The notes below the pieces were generated by a model that saw only the letters and a list, made by a program, of their open reading frames with translations, had not been told where the DNA came from and searched no databases. A program made the position numbers and the translations under genes. From NCBI GenBank assembly GCA_963676915.2, contig CAXXVK010000043.1:96001-160000 (forward strand): a DNA stretch of 64,000 nucleotides, written 5' to 3'. The stretch is from Myxococcota bacterium (GTDB lineage: Bacteria; Myxococcota_A; SURF-8; G963663525). Shown piece by piece: positions 1-9,968 of the stretch. Numbering within the stretch: position 1 is the stretch's first letter; each line of letters opens with the position of its first letter.

Positions 1-3000
1 AGTCATGGGGACACGAGTTGTCCCAATGGTTATCATTGCGAATTGGGCGCGGATACGAGCACCTGCATTGGGCCGTCGATCGTGGACGGTTGTCAGGTCG
101 ATTCCGATTGTGGCGCTGGATTCGAATGCGTCATCGATCTGTCCCGCTGCCTTGGCGAAGGGATGTGTTCGGCGGACGATACGACCTGTCCCACGGACTT
201 CGAATGCGAACTCAATTTCGAAACGCGGGCTTGTGTGGGTGGAACGTGTTCGACGAACAGCGAATGTACGACGAACTATGGAGAAGGCTACTACTGCGAC
301 CTGCTTTCCTCGCGTTGTGTGGGTGAAGGTATGTGCAGCTCGGATTCTCCCGATATCTGCCCGACGGGTCTTACCTGTGATGTGGATCTCTGCCCCGAGG
401 GATATCGTTGCGGTCAAAGCGAATGTCTGGGTGTCGGACAATGCAGCGCGGCCAGTCCTACCTGTCCCTCGGGATACAATTGCGAGATCAAGCCGACCTG
501 CGTTGGCGGATCGTGCACGGAACACGCGGATTGTCCGTCCGGATACTCCTGCGATCGGACATCCGGCCAGTGTATTTCCGCCTATGCCTGCTCCTCGGCC
601 AATCCGACTTGTGCCGAGGCGGGCTATGCTTGCGAATTCCTGGGAACCTGCCGTGGCGGAGATGGATGCGTGGATGATTCCGAGTGCCATGATGGAAATT
701 ACTTCTGTAACCCACGGCGTTGTATCGGTGACAATCAATGCAGCAACGATGAGCGGACCTGTCCCGAAGGCTATGTCTGCGACGTAAGCGATCCGGGACA
801 GTGCATCGTTACCGAACTGACGCTTGTTTGGTCCTGTGTCCAGGATACGTCCGGTTGCTCATCCGATGTCGATTGTATCAATACCTACGGTGCAGGGTAC
901 TCTTGTGACAGTCAGGGATACTGTGTCGGAATGGACAAGTGTTCCTCTTCCAACCAGATCTGTCCGAGTGGCTTTACCTGCACGCCGCCGGTATCGATCG
1001 ACAAGAACGACCTCACCGGATGGACCAACGATTACAAAGAGAAAGACGGTTTCTACTGCTACTACGCGCGGGCGCGTGATCAGCACGTATATGTGCCCGG
1101 CGAGAAGCGAAATACCTGCCTGGACGACACTCCGCCTTCACCTTGCGGCTATTGCCAGACCGACGACGATTGCGGTTCCGGAGAAGCTTGCAAGCTTGTG
1201 CGGGAAAGCACGAAGGATGGTGCACAGGAGATGATGCAATGTCTGACCGAATGCGAACTCAGCCGTTGTGTCGGGGAGAGCGAAGCCGGTGGTTGCAAGA
1301 CCGATCTCGATTGCTCCACGACCGTCGGAGCGGGCTACGAATGCATCGTGGATCGTGCGCATTGTGTCGGTCCAGGTCAATGTACGGTCAACGATCCGAC
1401 GACCTGTCCCACCGGCTTCCAGTGCGAGGGTCAATTCAGTTGTGTCGGTGGCAGTTGCAATGTCGATGGTGACTGCGAAACGGCATCTGGTTACTATTGC
1501 AATACCACCACGCACCAATGCGTCGGAGAAAACCTGTGCAGCGACACCAATCCAAGCTGTTCGATTGCCGGGTATACTTGCGAAGATACCAGCGTATGCA
1601 TGGGACCATCGGAGGCATCGTCATGCTCGACGGATACCGATTGCGGCGATGGCTATTACTGTGAAGTCGAGAACTCTCACTGCGAGGGAGCCGGTCAGTG
1701 CAGCGCGAGCGTGCAGTACACCTGCCCGGCAAACTATCGTTGCGATTTGAGTGTTTGCTCCAACGATGGCGAATACGATTCGATCTGCGATCCGGTCGAG
1801 CGGGTTTGTGTCCGTCCAGGAACCACCACGACCGGCGAAATTCACCAGTACCAGTTCACGCGTTGGGAAACCGATGTTTCGGTCTGCAACTTCAGCGGAA
1901 CCGAACGTCCATGTCAGAGTCATCAGGTTTTCGGTGTAGATATGACTCCGCCGACGATGGATGAAGACAAACTATGGGTGTTGGATTCTCTGCTGCCGGA
2001 ATGGTGGTACAGTTCATCGACCACTCAGACGCAGAAAGACGCCTGGCTGGAGCAGCACGATGCACCGGAAGAAGAGTGGATCGGTACTAGCAAGTTCTTC
2101 TTCTACTGGGAAGATGCCATCGATCTGCATCCCAAGACGGGAACCGCCGATTCTGCATCCAGACTACCGGCTACGGGTGATATTTATTACTACTCGCTCA
2201 CACCGGTTTATGACTTCCCGGATGATAGTATAGAAAATCCGGTGCTGAATCCGGTGCCGCTTCCGGCTTTCAAACAGTGCGAAAATTCCGATCTCTCGAC
2301 TCAGAGACTGGGTGCGGGAACGCGGTATCCGTATTTCGATGCCATTAACAGCGACTACTTCCGCAAAACGTCGGATTCGCCGCAGCCTGATGAAGACTGT
2401 TCGGTGCCTCGTTACGGTCGTCATCGCTTCTGCGTGCAGGCCAAGGACGCGGCGGGTAACTTCTCCAATGTGATCTGTCGTGAATTCTGGGTGGATCGTG
2501 CAGCTACCTCTTTCGAGCTTCCCGAAGCCGAATCGGAGACGCATAGTCACAGCCTCGAATGCGAAGCCGATCAGATTGGCAGCGGTAGCGGCAGCGGAAA
2601 TGCTAACGATTTCGCTCACGAGCCACTGTTCAGTCTTGATCTCGGCAGCTTGACGGGTGTCGATGATGAAGGTGAAAACCCCGGACCGAGAGCCATTTCC
2701 TTTACCGTGACGGATGGTACTTTCGGTCCTGAAGTCGGTGTGCCGGATAAGATTCCTGAAGACACCGCCGTGGTGGACAATCCCCACAGGCAGGATACGG
2801 ACGATGACGAGAGCGTTACGTACATCGAATACGTCAACGAAAACGGGGACGACCAGGAGCCGTACAAACTGTGTACGGAAACCTTCTGTATCGACTCCAA
2901 CTTCCGAACCGGTCATAGTCCGCTGGATTCGGCCTATCCGTGGGTATTCAACTACGTGTATGTTGCCGATTCCGGTCAGGAAAACGGATTCTGGAAGGAA

Positions 3001-4170
3001 ATTCGCTACTTCATCAAACGTGGCAGCACGTTCGACGAAGATGGCAACATTACGCAGGGCAACGGCGAATTGGTCAACGGAACATTCTACTTCACCTATC
3101 GTTTGCAGACGCAGGCGGGCTTGTGGACGCCAAATGCGTACACGTACATGATCCAGGTTTGTCGTTGTACCAAGGAATGCGACGAAGACCGCATGATGCC
3201 TGTCAGCACGATGCACATGTTCGAGGGTGGAGAGATGCTGCTCGATGGTTCGACGTTTGGACTCGGTTCCTCCAGTGATAGTCAGACCATCGAAGTCGAT
3301 CCATTCTGGATGGACCGCACCGAGGTTACCAACGTGCAGTATGCTTCGTGTGTCAGCCAGGGAGTTTGTCCTCCGTTGGGAGAAGGCGAAGCCTTCGATT
3401 CCGCGACGCGCAAAGACTACTACTTCGATCAGGATTACCAATCCTATCCGGTGCTCAATGTTTCGTGGGATGGTGCTCAATCCTATTGCAAGTGGGTCGG
3501 ACGACGGCTGCCTACCGAGGTCGAATGGGCCTGGGCGGCTCGAAATTCGATCTCCAACGGGAAGTACTACGATCTTTCCTGGTCCACCTCCAACCCGCTG
3601 TACAAGCTTGGTGACACGGTGGATGTCGAGAAAAACATCGGCTTGAAACCGGCATCGGAGACGTCCGTAGTCAACATGTTCAGCAACGTATCCGAGTGGA
3701 CGGGCGACTGGTATACCTCCGCCGAGCAACGTTTGCAGTACGGCAAAGAGGCCCCGACATCGCCCGAAGCCTGCATCGCGACGTGCAAGGAACAGGTGGA
3801 CATTACCGTGAATCGCATTTCCGATGGAATGGTTCAGGACGAACGGGATAGGAACGATCTGAAGTCTTTCCGTCTGGAAGAGTACAATACCTGCGAGAGC
3901 ACCTGTCAGTGGAAGGTTGTGCGTGGCGCGAGTTACGCCGATGAGGAAATGTCGCTTGGCTGGCGTTCCGGCTTCCTGCCTTCCGAAGGTGATCTGGCCA
4001 TCGGCTTCCGTTGCGCCAAACCGTATGTAGGTGGTGAGGAAAACAGCGATGAGGACGAAACCAAGTCGACGTCCGAAACTCTGCTGGACAGCCTGGAGAA
4101 AACCCGGCAGACGACCATCGTAACGCCGCAGCAGGTGGAAGCTGTCGATGGACGGTTGGGCTTGAAGTAA
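1..4170 (+). CDS. Large secreted Cys-rich repeat protein with C-terminal FGE-sulfatase (SUMF1/C-type-lectin fold) domain; 5'-partial
   Basis: Frame 1 is open from base 1 (SHGDTSCPNGYHCEL...). About 600 aa of C..D.DC..G..C and CP.G..C repeats, an Ig-like 'VQAKDAAGN' segment, then FGE motifs (D.TEVTN..Y, PV.NVSW..A..YC.W.G.RLPTE.EW..AAR, N.SEW, RG.S, IGFRC). Confidence 0.85.
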   Translation, partial: SHGDTSCPNGYHCELGADTSTCIGPSIVDGCQVDSDCGAGFECVIDLSRCLGEGMCSADDTTCPTDFECELNFETRACVGGTCSTNSECTTNYGEGYYCDLLSSRCVGEGMCSSDSPDICPTGLTCDVDLCPEGYRCGQSECLGVGQCSAASPTCPSGYNCEIKPTCVGGSCTEHADCPSGYSCDRTSGQCISAYACSSANPTCAEAGYACEFLGTCRGGDGCVDDSECHDGNYFCNPRRCIGDNQCSNDERTCPEGYVCDVSDPGQCIVTELTLVWSCVQDTSGCSSDVDCINTYGAGYSCDSQGYCVGMDKCSSSNQICPSGFTCTPPVSIDKNDLTGWTNDYKEKDGFYCYYARARDQHVYVPGEKRNTCLDDTPPSPCGYCQTDDDCGSGEACKLVRESTKDGAQEMMQCLTECELSRCVGESEAGGCKTDLDCSTTVGAGYECIVDRAHCVGPGQCTVNDPTTCPTGFQCEGQFSCVGGSCNVDGDCETASGYYCNTTTHQCVGENLCSDTNPSCSIAGYTCEDTSVCMGPSEASSCSTDTDCGDGYYCEVENSHCEGAGQCSASVQYTCPANYRCDLSVCSNDGEYDSICDPVERVCVRPGTTTTGEIHQYQFTRWETDVSVCNFSGTERPCQSHQVFGVDMTPPTMDEDKLWVLDSLLPEWWYSSSTTQTQKDAWLEQHDAPEEEWIGTSKFFFYWEDAIDLHPKTGTADSASRLPATGDIYYYSLTPVYDFPDDSIENPVLNPVPLPAFKQCENSDLSTQRLGAGTRYPYFDAINSDYFRKTSDSPQPDEDCSVPRYGRHRFCVQAKDAAGNFSNVICREFWVDRAATSFELPEAESETHSHSLECEADQIGSGSGSGNANDFAHEPLFSLDLGSLTGVDDEGENPGPRAISFTVTDGTFGPEVGVPDKIPEDTAVVDNPHRQDTDDDESVTYIEYVNENGDDQEPYKLCTETFCIDSNFRTGHSPLDSAYPWVFNYVYVADSGQENGFWKEIRYFIKRGSTFDEDGNITQGNGELVNGTFYFTYRLQTQAGLWTPNAYTYMIQVCRCTKECDEDRMMPVSTMHMFEGGEMLLDGSTFGLGSSSDSQTIEVDPFWMDRTEVTNVQYASCVSQGVCPPLGEGEAFDSATRKDYYFDQDYQSYPVLNVSWDGAQSYCKWVGRRLPTEVEWAWAARNSISNGKYYDLSWSTSNPLYKLGDTVDVEKNIGLKPASETSVVNMFSNVSEWTGDWYTSAEQRLQYGKEAPTSPEACIATCKEQVDITVNRISDGMVQDERDRNDLKSFRLEEYNTCESTCQWKVVRGASYADEEMSLGWRSGFLPSEGDLAIGFRCAKPYVGGEENSDEDETKSTSETLLDSLEKTRQTTIVTPQQVEAVDGRLGLK

Positions 4171-4179
4171 CATTCGTTC

Positions 4180-4208
4180 TCCGGGAGAGGAGTCAATCCT
4201 CTCCCGGA
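4180..4208. other. Strong intergenic hairpin without U-tract (possible mRNA stabiliser or processing site)
   Basis: tccgggagagga-gtcaa-tcctctcccgga, a perfect 12-bp stem just after the stop at 4170. Confidence 0.55.
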
Positions 4209-4310
4209 TTCGATGATTCATGATGGGTGAAGAAATTTCCCGCGAAAGTGTCGGTTCCCTCAACGGGCCATAGAAAATCGGAGCAGACCGGTATGCAAGG
4301 AACGAACGAA

Positions 4311-6515
4311 ATGACCAAAATCGAGACCAATCGTTTCCCCTTTCGGATGCAATCCTGTGTCACGATCTTCCTTTCGGCTTGTTGGCTTCTGGTAACGGCT
4401 TGTAGCAGCGGAGGTGGTTCGCAAAGCGTCGCCGACCAGGATGAAGACCGTAGGGTAGATTTCGAGCCGATTGAGATCGACATCGATCGAGGGGACGAAG
4501 TAGAGGAAACCGACGATGATTTACCAGACGTCGACCTGGATCAAGACGGTGATGAGGAAAGCGATGGGATTTTGCCCGATATCGATTACGATGTTTGGGA
4601 TGAACGCGAAGAACAAGATGCCCCGGATTGGGATAAAATTGAACCCCCGGAAGTTGATGATACAATTTGTGTGACCAACGATGAATGCTCGGACGGGCAA
4701 TACTGCGAAGATGGTAGATGTTACGACTATCCCGCCGATGGTGACGAGCCGGAAGAAGAGGAGGAAGACGGAATCGGTTGCGAAAACGACGATGAAGCCT
4801 GCTTGCTTTGCGGTGTAGGTAGTTCGTTTTGCGAGAAAAACAACGATTGCCCCGCCCGGATGTATTGCGACATCGGGATAGATTACGGTTGCTGTCGTCC
4901 AGGTCCTTGTTACGACGATGGGCAGGATTACTGTGACGAGCAATACCCGGACGATGATCTTTGTTGTCTCGATCTCAATGGCCAATGTGGTCTTTGTTCT
5001 ACGGGAGATGAGGAAATGGTGTTCCATTGTCTGACATCTCAGGATTGCCTCGATCATTTCGGTGGCGGTCCCTGGTGGTGCGATGGCGATACCTTGGAGT
5101 GCATGCCGAGCGAATGCTCCGACAGCAGCGATTGTCCGAACGGTCCTTGCCTGCTCGGAGTTTGTTACGACAACAGCGAAATCGAGACGAACGACCGGGG
5201 TGCGATTCGTGGCAAAGCCTACTATGTCGAGCAAACCTGGGCTGGAAGGGGAGATGTGATCTTCGAGTTGCGCGATGCTTACGAGATCGAAAATGCCGAA
5301 CTCGTGTTGCAGGATGAATTCCCCACCGAAAGCGACGAAACCGATTATACGCTCGAATACTATTTCAACGATCTTCCAGAAGGCGTGTACTATGTGAAAG
5401 TCTATTCCAACGGTTTGGAAGGAGAATATGCTTTCAACCCGATTTCGGTGGATTATTCTTCCTCCGAAACAACGGTTTATACCGATATCGATTTCTACGT
5501 AGGAGCGACGCCGCCCTACAGTCCCACATTGAAGGGGGAACTTCATGTTGCTCCCGAGCTTGCCAATGCACAAATCGAGTTGGACGCCAGTTTCGGAAAA
5601 CCGTTCCCCGATCCAAGTGTGGATGATTCCGATTTCGATATCATTGCTATCGATTTGGGAGAGTACAACGAGGAAACCGGTACGATTCCCTTCGAGCAGG
5701 ACGAACTCGACCCTGGGCGTTACTATCTGCGAGCCTCCTATTTCGAGGAACAGCGTCGCATATCGGACTATCTGTCCTCCCCGGTGACTTTGGACGAAGA
5801 AAATCCCACAGTGGACGATATCGTGCTCTATGTCGGTATCGAAGAGGAAGCTCTGGGGTCGATTCAGGGAACCGTGGTGACCGCCCCGGAATTCGACCTG
5901 TATGGCGTAGAAGTCTTTTTCTACAACAGTCCTAGTTACGAAGAAGTTCTCGCTTCGGTTTGGGCCGAACAGACTGCAAGCGGCGATACACCGACGTTTG
6001 CTTTTGAAGTGGTCAATCTCGAAAGCGGGACGTATTACCCTCGTGCCTATGTCAATCGATACCAGCGCTTCGAGCGGACCGCCCAAACGATAGGAGAACC
6101 GCAACCCCTCGTTATCGATCTCGATCAGGGGACAAGCCAGTTGACAGGGGTGGAAATGTTCTCGATGGTGCCTCTCGACGGGTACGGTTCCATCCGTGGA
6201 ACGTTTACGTATGAGTACACGCAGTTCCGCAATGATCCGTTTAGAATCGAAGTAGCCTCAGATGCTTCGTTTACCCAGATGGTGACCGTCGAAGGACCGA
6301 TGCAAGTGTCGTCGTCTCCGAAGCAGGTGAGCTATTTCATTCCTCGACTCACCAGCGGGGATTATTACCTGCGCTTCTCGGTCGACCACGACGGTTCGTA
6401 CTGCGGTCTTTACACGCGGACGGTTCCTGTCACAATAGATGCCGCGAATGCTACGGAAAAGGATGTAACCCTGCCGGGCGTTGCCCTTCAGGAGGATTTC
6501 TGCGACTCGCTGTAG
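4311..6515 (+). CDS. Lipoprotein: acidic linker, Cys-rich region, four tandem carboxypeptidase-regulatory-like beta-sandwich repeats
   Basis: Lipobox LVTA-C; D/E-rich stalk; four repeats starting G.I.G and containing L..G.YY.(R/K). Start uncertain (4227, 4311 or 4347). Confidence 0.75.
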   Translation: MTKIETNRFPFRMQSCVTIFLSACWLLVTACSSGGGSQSVADQDEDRRVDFEPIEIDIDRGDEVEETDDDLPDVDLDQDGDEESDGILPDIDYDVWDEREEQDAPDWDKIEPPEVDDTICVTNDECSDGQYCEDGRCYDYPADGDEPEEEEEDGIGCENDDEACLLCGVGSSFCEKNNDCPARMYCDIGIDYGCCRPGPCYDDGQDYCDEQYPDDDLCCLDLNGQCGLCSTGDEEMVFHCLTSQDCLDHFGGGPWWCDGDTLECMPSECSDSSDCPNGPCLLGVCYDNSEIETNDRGAIRGKAYYVEQTWAGRGDVIFELRDAYEIENAELVLQDEFPTESDETDYTLEYYFNDLPEGVYYVKVYSNGLEGEYAFNPISVDYSSSETTVYTDIDFYVGATPPYSPTLKGELHVAPELANAQIELDASFGKPFPDPSVDDSDFDIIAIDLGEYNEETGTIPFEQDELDPGRYYLRASYFEEQRRISDYLSSPVTLDEENPTVDDIVLYVGIEEEALGSIQGTVVTAPEFDLYGVEVFFYNSPSYEEVLASVWAEQTASGDTPTFAFEVVNLESGTYYPRAYVNRYQRFERTAQTIGEPQPLVIDLDQGTSQLTGVEMFSMVPLDGYGSIRGTFTYEYTQFRNDPFRIEVASDASFTQMVTVEGPMQVSSSPKQVSYFIPRLTSGDYYLRFSVDHDGSYCGLYTRTVPVTIDAANATEKDVTLPGVALQEDFCDSL

Positions 6516-6541
6516 AATAGGTATATCCCAGTCTAAAAATG

Positions 6542-6581
6542 AAATGCCGGGTCGATAGTTTGACCCGGCATTTTTGTTTTT
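6542..6581 (+). terminator. Intrinsic terminator (likely bidirectional)
   Basis: aaatgccgggtc-loop-gacccggcattt followed by T-runs, between convergent genes. Confidence 0.8.
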
Positions 6582-6636
6582 ACTGGAGTGGAAACCCACT
6601 TGATACCATTTCGCGATCAAGTATCGAAAGCATCTT

Positions 6637-6663
6637 GTAGGTCGGGCAAATTTCTTGCCCGAC
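6637..6663 (+). repeat. GTAG-type REP-like palindrome, class A copy 1
   Basis: GTAG + gtcgggcaa-atttc-ttgcccgac; an identical reverse-complement copy lies at 33327-33353. Confidence 0.75.
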
Positions 6664-6698
6664 TATGCCACTGAAGGCGAAAGGGTATGAAGTCGTTT

Positions 6699-7913
6699 TT
6701 ACGGATCGGGAACGTCATCCATGAAAGCAGTGAATTCCAGCCAACTACCGGCTGTGTTGACTTCTGCTGTTACGTCTTCGCAGGTTGCATCTTCCGGCAT
6801 TCGAAGCATACGCAGGTAGGTGCGTTCATGTTCCGGGTGCAGTTCGGATTCGATGTCGTACACCATCGAAGCTGAGCTGGCATCGAGTTGATATTGCAGG
6901 TTTGTATGGTCCACAAGTCCTTCGATGTGGTCGTTGTCGAGGATTGTTCCGGCAAAAATGGTTCCCCATCGTTGATCGTGATAAACTTCCTGATTTTCCA
7001 GCGCACCGATTCCTAGCACGGTCATTCCGGGTTTTCCATCGCCATCCTGGTCGGTGATAAGGCAGTCCGAAGAATCTTTTTTCTCATCCCAGGGTTTGCA
7101 ATACGTTTCGTAATGTTGGCGGTCCGGCAGGTCGGATTCTATGTGGTCTTCGACTTTCGCGCCACGTACTTCATAAAACCAGTCCGTTTCGAATGAGGCG
7201 CCGACTTCGAAGGCTTCGGGGTTGGAGACCCGATGTTCCAGTGTTGCCACGCTGTTGTAATACTGTGGCGAAATCACCAATTGCCCCAGATCCTCACCGA
7301 TGTCGTAAACTTTTTCCTCGTCGAAATTGTGCATCTGCATATAGCACATTTTCGAATGGATCACGAGGTCATCACCCTCTTTGCTCAGGCGCATCAGCAG
7401 GTGGTGTACTGTCACGGAATCCTGATAAGGACGCAACGGGATACCTATAGTGCGGGAACCGGTAGTGAAGATGCCTCCCCAAATCCCGTAATAATCGTCG
7501 GTGGTGGCTTCCGCATCGCCGTAGTCTACCGAGCCGAGATCCTCGCAACTTCCTTCCTCCCGACAGGCAAGATTCCATCCTTGGGTAATGCAATCACGGT
7601 TCCCACAGGAGGACATGTAACCGTATGCCTTGCATTCTTCGGCACTGCGATAGGTGCACGATAGCTCTACCTGCGGGTTTTCCGCGTCTTCGACGCATTG
7701 TGCTTCTTTGCAGATCAGATCGTCATCGGCACAATTTTGCGTGGTTGTCCACATTCCGGCAACATTGCAGATTTCAACTTTATCCCCATTGCAACGAACT
7801 TCGTCTGCCGTACAACCCGAGGATTCGTTTTCATCTCCGCCGTAATCTATTTGCAAGCATCCCGTAAAGACAAGGACGGTTCCCAACAATATCGACAAGA
7901 AGACTTTCGACAT
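6699..7913 (-). CDS. Hypothetical lipoprotein with N-terminal Cys-rich module
   Basis: Lipobox FTG-C after MSKVFLSILL; Cys-rich N-terminus; DQDGDGKPG Ca-binding-like motif. Confidence 0.75.
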   Translation of the reverse strand: MSKVFLSILLGTVLVFTGCLQIDYGGDENESSGCTADEVRCNGDKVEICNVAGMWTTTQNCADDDLICKEAQCVEDAENPQVELSCTYRSAEECKAYGYMSSCGNRDCITQGWNLACREEGSCEDLGSVDYGDAEATTDDYYGIWGGIFTTGSRTIGIPLRPYQDSVTVHHLLMRLSKEGDDLVIHSKMCYMQMHNFDEEKVYDIGEDLGQLVISPQYYNSVATLEHRVSNPEAFEVGASFETDWFYEVRGAKVEDHIESDLPDRQHYETYCKPWDEKKDSSDCLITDQDGDGKPGMTVLGIGALENQEVYHDQRWGTIFAGTILDNDHIEGLVDHTNLQYQLDASSASMVYDIESELHPEHERTYLRMLRMPEDATCEDVTAEVNTAGSWLEFTAFMDDVPDP

Positions 7914-8093
7914 GAGCAGACCTCTATGCGTAGGAAACATTTGGAATGTCGCGAAGCTACACCGATTACCCAAAGTTGTCAATCTCGGTATTCATTATAT
8001 TCCGGGATCGAAACGAACATTTTCAGGCGCTGTGCTGAAAATGACGAATAGCCGTATGTTTTCATCTTGTTTTGAAATTTCTGGCGTTGCTAT

Positions 8094-9824
8094 TTACTTG
8101 AAACCTTCCAGTTTGAAATTGTCGATCAGGAAGATTTGCCCCGGAGCTTTGAGTTGCATTCTCAACCTAAGATCCTTTACGCCGCCAGCTTCTTCGAGGC
8201 GAACGCGGTAGTCCAAAGCATAGTTTTCGTAACGCTGTATCCGAAGGGTGGTGTTCCATTCTTTTCCACCGTCGGTACTGTACTGGATCACGGCCAGTCC
8301 CTCTTCGTCGTCCTGGAGGCTGTCGTAGTAGTAGTCCACGACGAGATCGACTTCCCGGTAGTCCGAGACATCCACAGGTACCGTTTCGAGCGTGAATTCC
8401 TCGCCTGTGCCGCCGTCTTCTTCGTACCAGGCGTAATCGACGTAGGCGAAATTCGTATTGTTTTCATAGCCATAGCGGTCGGTGGAGTCGGGTTTTCCTT
8501 TTCCTACACACCAGCCTCCGGCGGGGCAGTTGTCGGGAGCGACTTTCCAGGTTTGGGAATCGAACGTCCCGGAGTCGAAATTATCTTCCAACAATGTATC
8601 TCCGGTGGCGTGGGTCAGCGTCCAGCGGTCGAGGATTTCTCCTTCCGGGGTTTTCACCGTAGCCGTGACTCGTTTGTCATCCACTTCGAGGGTCATGTGG
8701 TGGAACACATAATGGGCGTAGGAAAACGTCATTTCGGAATTGATTTCATGGTCCAAAGAGGCTCCGCCCCCGCCGGTGATGATCTGGAATAGTCCGTTTT
8801 GGGTGTATCTTTCGTAATCGTGCGTATGCCCGGCGAAATAGGCGTCTACGCCTTTGTCACGCATCAAAGGAATTAGCGAGTCACGAAGCCGGACTTCGCC
8901 TTCGTAGCCTTCATGACCCCAACCTCGGCTCCAACCCGGATGATGAGAGAAGGCGAACAGCCATTCGGCGTTTTGAGCTTCGGGAGAATTCAGCATTTCC
9001 TCAACGATTTCCATCGTTTGAAAATGAATGGGTTTTTGAACATTGGTGTCGATCACAATGAAGTGCGCGTTGGCATAGGTGAATTGGAAGTAGTCTTCAT
9101 AAGAGGGATAACTGGAAAAACGATAGAAATATTCTGTGTCTTTCTCGTGATTGCCGATTGAAACGTAATAGGGATGGCTGTGGGCCAATTCACGGATCGG
9201 GTCGAAGTGCTCGGTCTGCCACTGGTCGTATTCGTCGCCTGAACCAACCAAGTCACCGACGTTGATCACGAAGTCCGGATCGTCTCGCAGAATGGCGGCA
9301 GCCGTCATTTCGTGGATGGTCGGCAGGCTCCGGGTATCTCCATAGACCGAAAACGTAAACGATACGTCGGGGTGGTCGGGTGCGGTGGTGAAATTGTAGA
9401 TCGGGCTTGCCAGACCGTCGGATACGACGCGGTATTGGTAGGTCGTCAGTGGCTCCAGGTTTTCGATGATTGCTTCATGGATGCCCAACTCCTCCCCGGC
9501 GTCGATATCCATACCGTAGAAGTTGACTTCTTCGATGCCCCATTCAATCCATGCCGTGGTTGAAGGGGATTCCGTCTGCCACATGACATGCATGGTGGAG
9601 TCTGTAAAGTGCTGAAGATACGGACCTTTCAGGGCTTCGAGTTCTCCCTGAGGTTCGGGCTGTCGCCATGTAGAAACAGGGGCCGCCTCTTCGTCGTTTT
9701 CCTGGACGAGTTCCGTATCTCTGTCGCCGTCGCCGGGAGTCGCTTCCGTATCCGAGTCCTCACAAGCGCTTAGATAAACACTACAAAGAATGCACAGTAC
9801 GAACCAGGGGAGAAAGCGTTGCAT
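8094..9824 (-). CDS. Purple acid phosphatase-like metallophosphoesterase lipoprotein with FN3-like N-domain and C-terminal beta-sandwich
   Basis: Motifs YGD, GDLV, GNHE, SHHP, GHTH; lipobox LSA-C; 'GPYLQ...MWQT' N-terminal domain. Confidence 0.88.
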   Translation of the reverse strand: MQRFLPWFVLCILCSVYLSACEDSDTEATPGDGDRDTELVQENDEEAAPVSTWRQPEPQGELEALKGPYLQHFTDSTMHVMWQTESPSTTAWIEWGIEEVNFYGMDIDAGEELGIHEAIIENLEPLTTYQYRVVSDGLASPIYNFTTAPDHPDVSFTFSVYGDTRSLPTIHEMTAAAILRDDPDFVINVGDLVGSGDEYDQWQTEHFDPIRELAHSHPYYVSIGNHEKDTEYFYRFSSYPSYEDYFQFTYANAHFIVIDTNVQKPIHFQTMEIVEEMLNSPEAQNAEWLFAFSHHPGWSRGWGHEGYEGEVRLRDSLIPLMRDKGVDAYFAGHTHDYERYTQNGLFQIITGGGGASLDHEINSEMTFSYAHYVFHHMTLEVDDKRVTATVKTPEGEILDRWTLTHATGDTLLEDNFDSGTFDSQTWKVAPDNCPAGGWCVGKGKPDSTDRYGYENNTNFAYVDYAWYEEDGGTGEEFTLETVPVDVSDYREVDLVVDYYYDSLQDDEEGLAVIQYSTDGGKEWNTTLRIQRYENYALDYRVRLEEAGGVKDLRLRMQLKAPGQIFLIDNFKLEGFK

Positions 9825-9921
9825 GGTGTCGAGCCTTTCGTTACATGTCATCGTTCCAGGCTTTAACAAAAACCTAACAGAAAGGCAATCCCCCTTTGTC
9901 ATGGAAACGGAGAAAAGGCAT

Positions 9922-9949
9922 AAAAAAACCCCGCCGTCGGGCGGGGTTG
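9922..9949 (-). terminator. Intrinsic terminator of the SCP2 gene
   Basis: Minus strand aaccccgcc-cgac-ggcggggtt followed by a T-run. Confidence 0.8.
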
Positions 9950-9968
9950 AACCATCGGAATCCTTGAA

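Noticed and set aside
3880-4020. Diversity-generating retroelement target (C-terminal CLec/FGE domain ending GFRC)
   Set aside because: No template repeat and no reverse transcriptase seen in the window; cannot be excluded elsewhere in the genome.
2164-6104. Long antisense ORFs (2164-4263, 4521-6104)
   Set aside because: Shadow frames opposite well-supported genes; no recognisable motifs.
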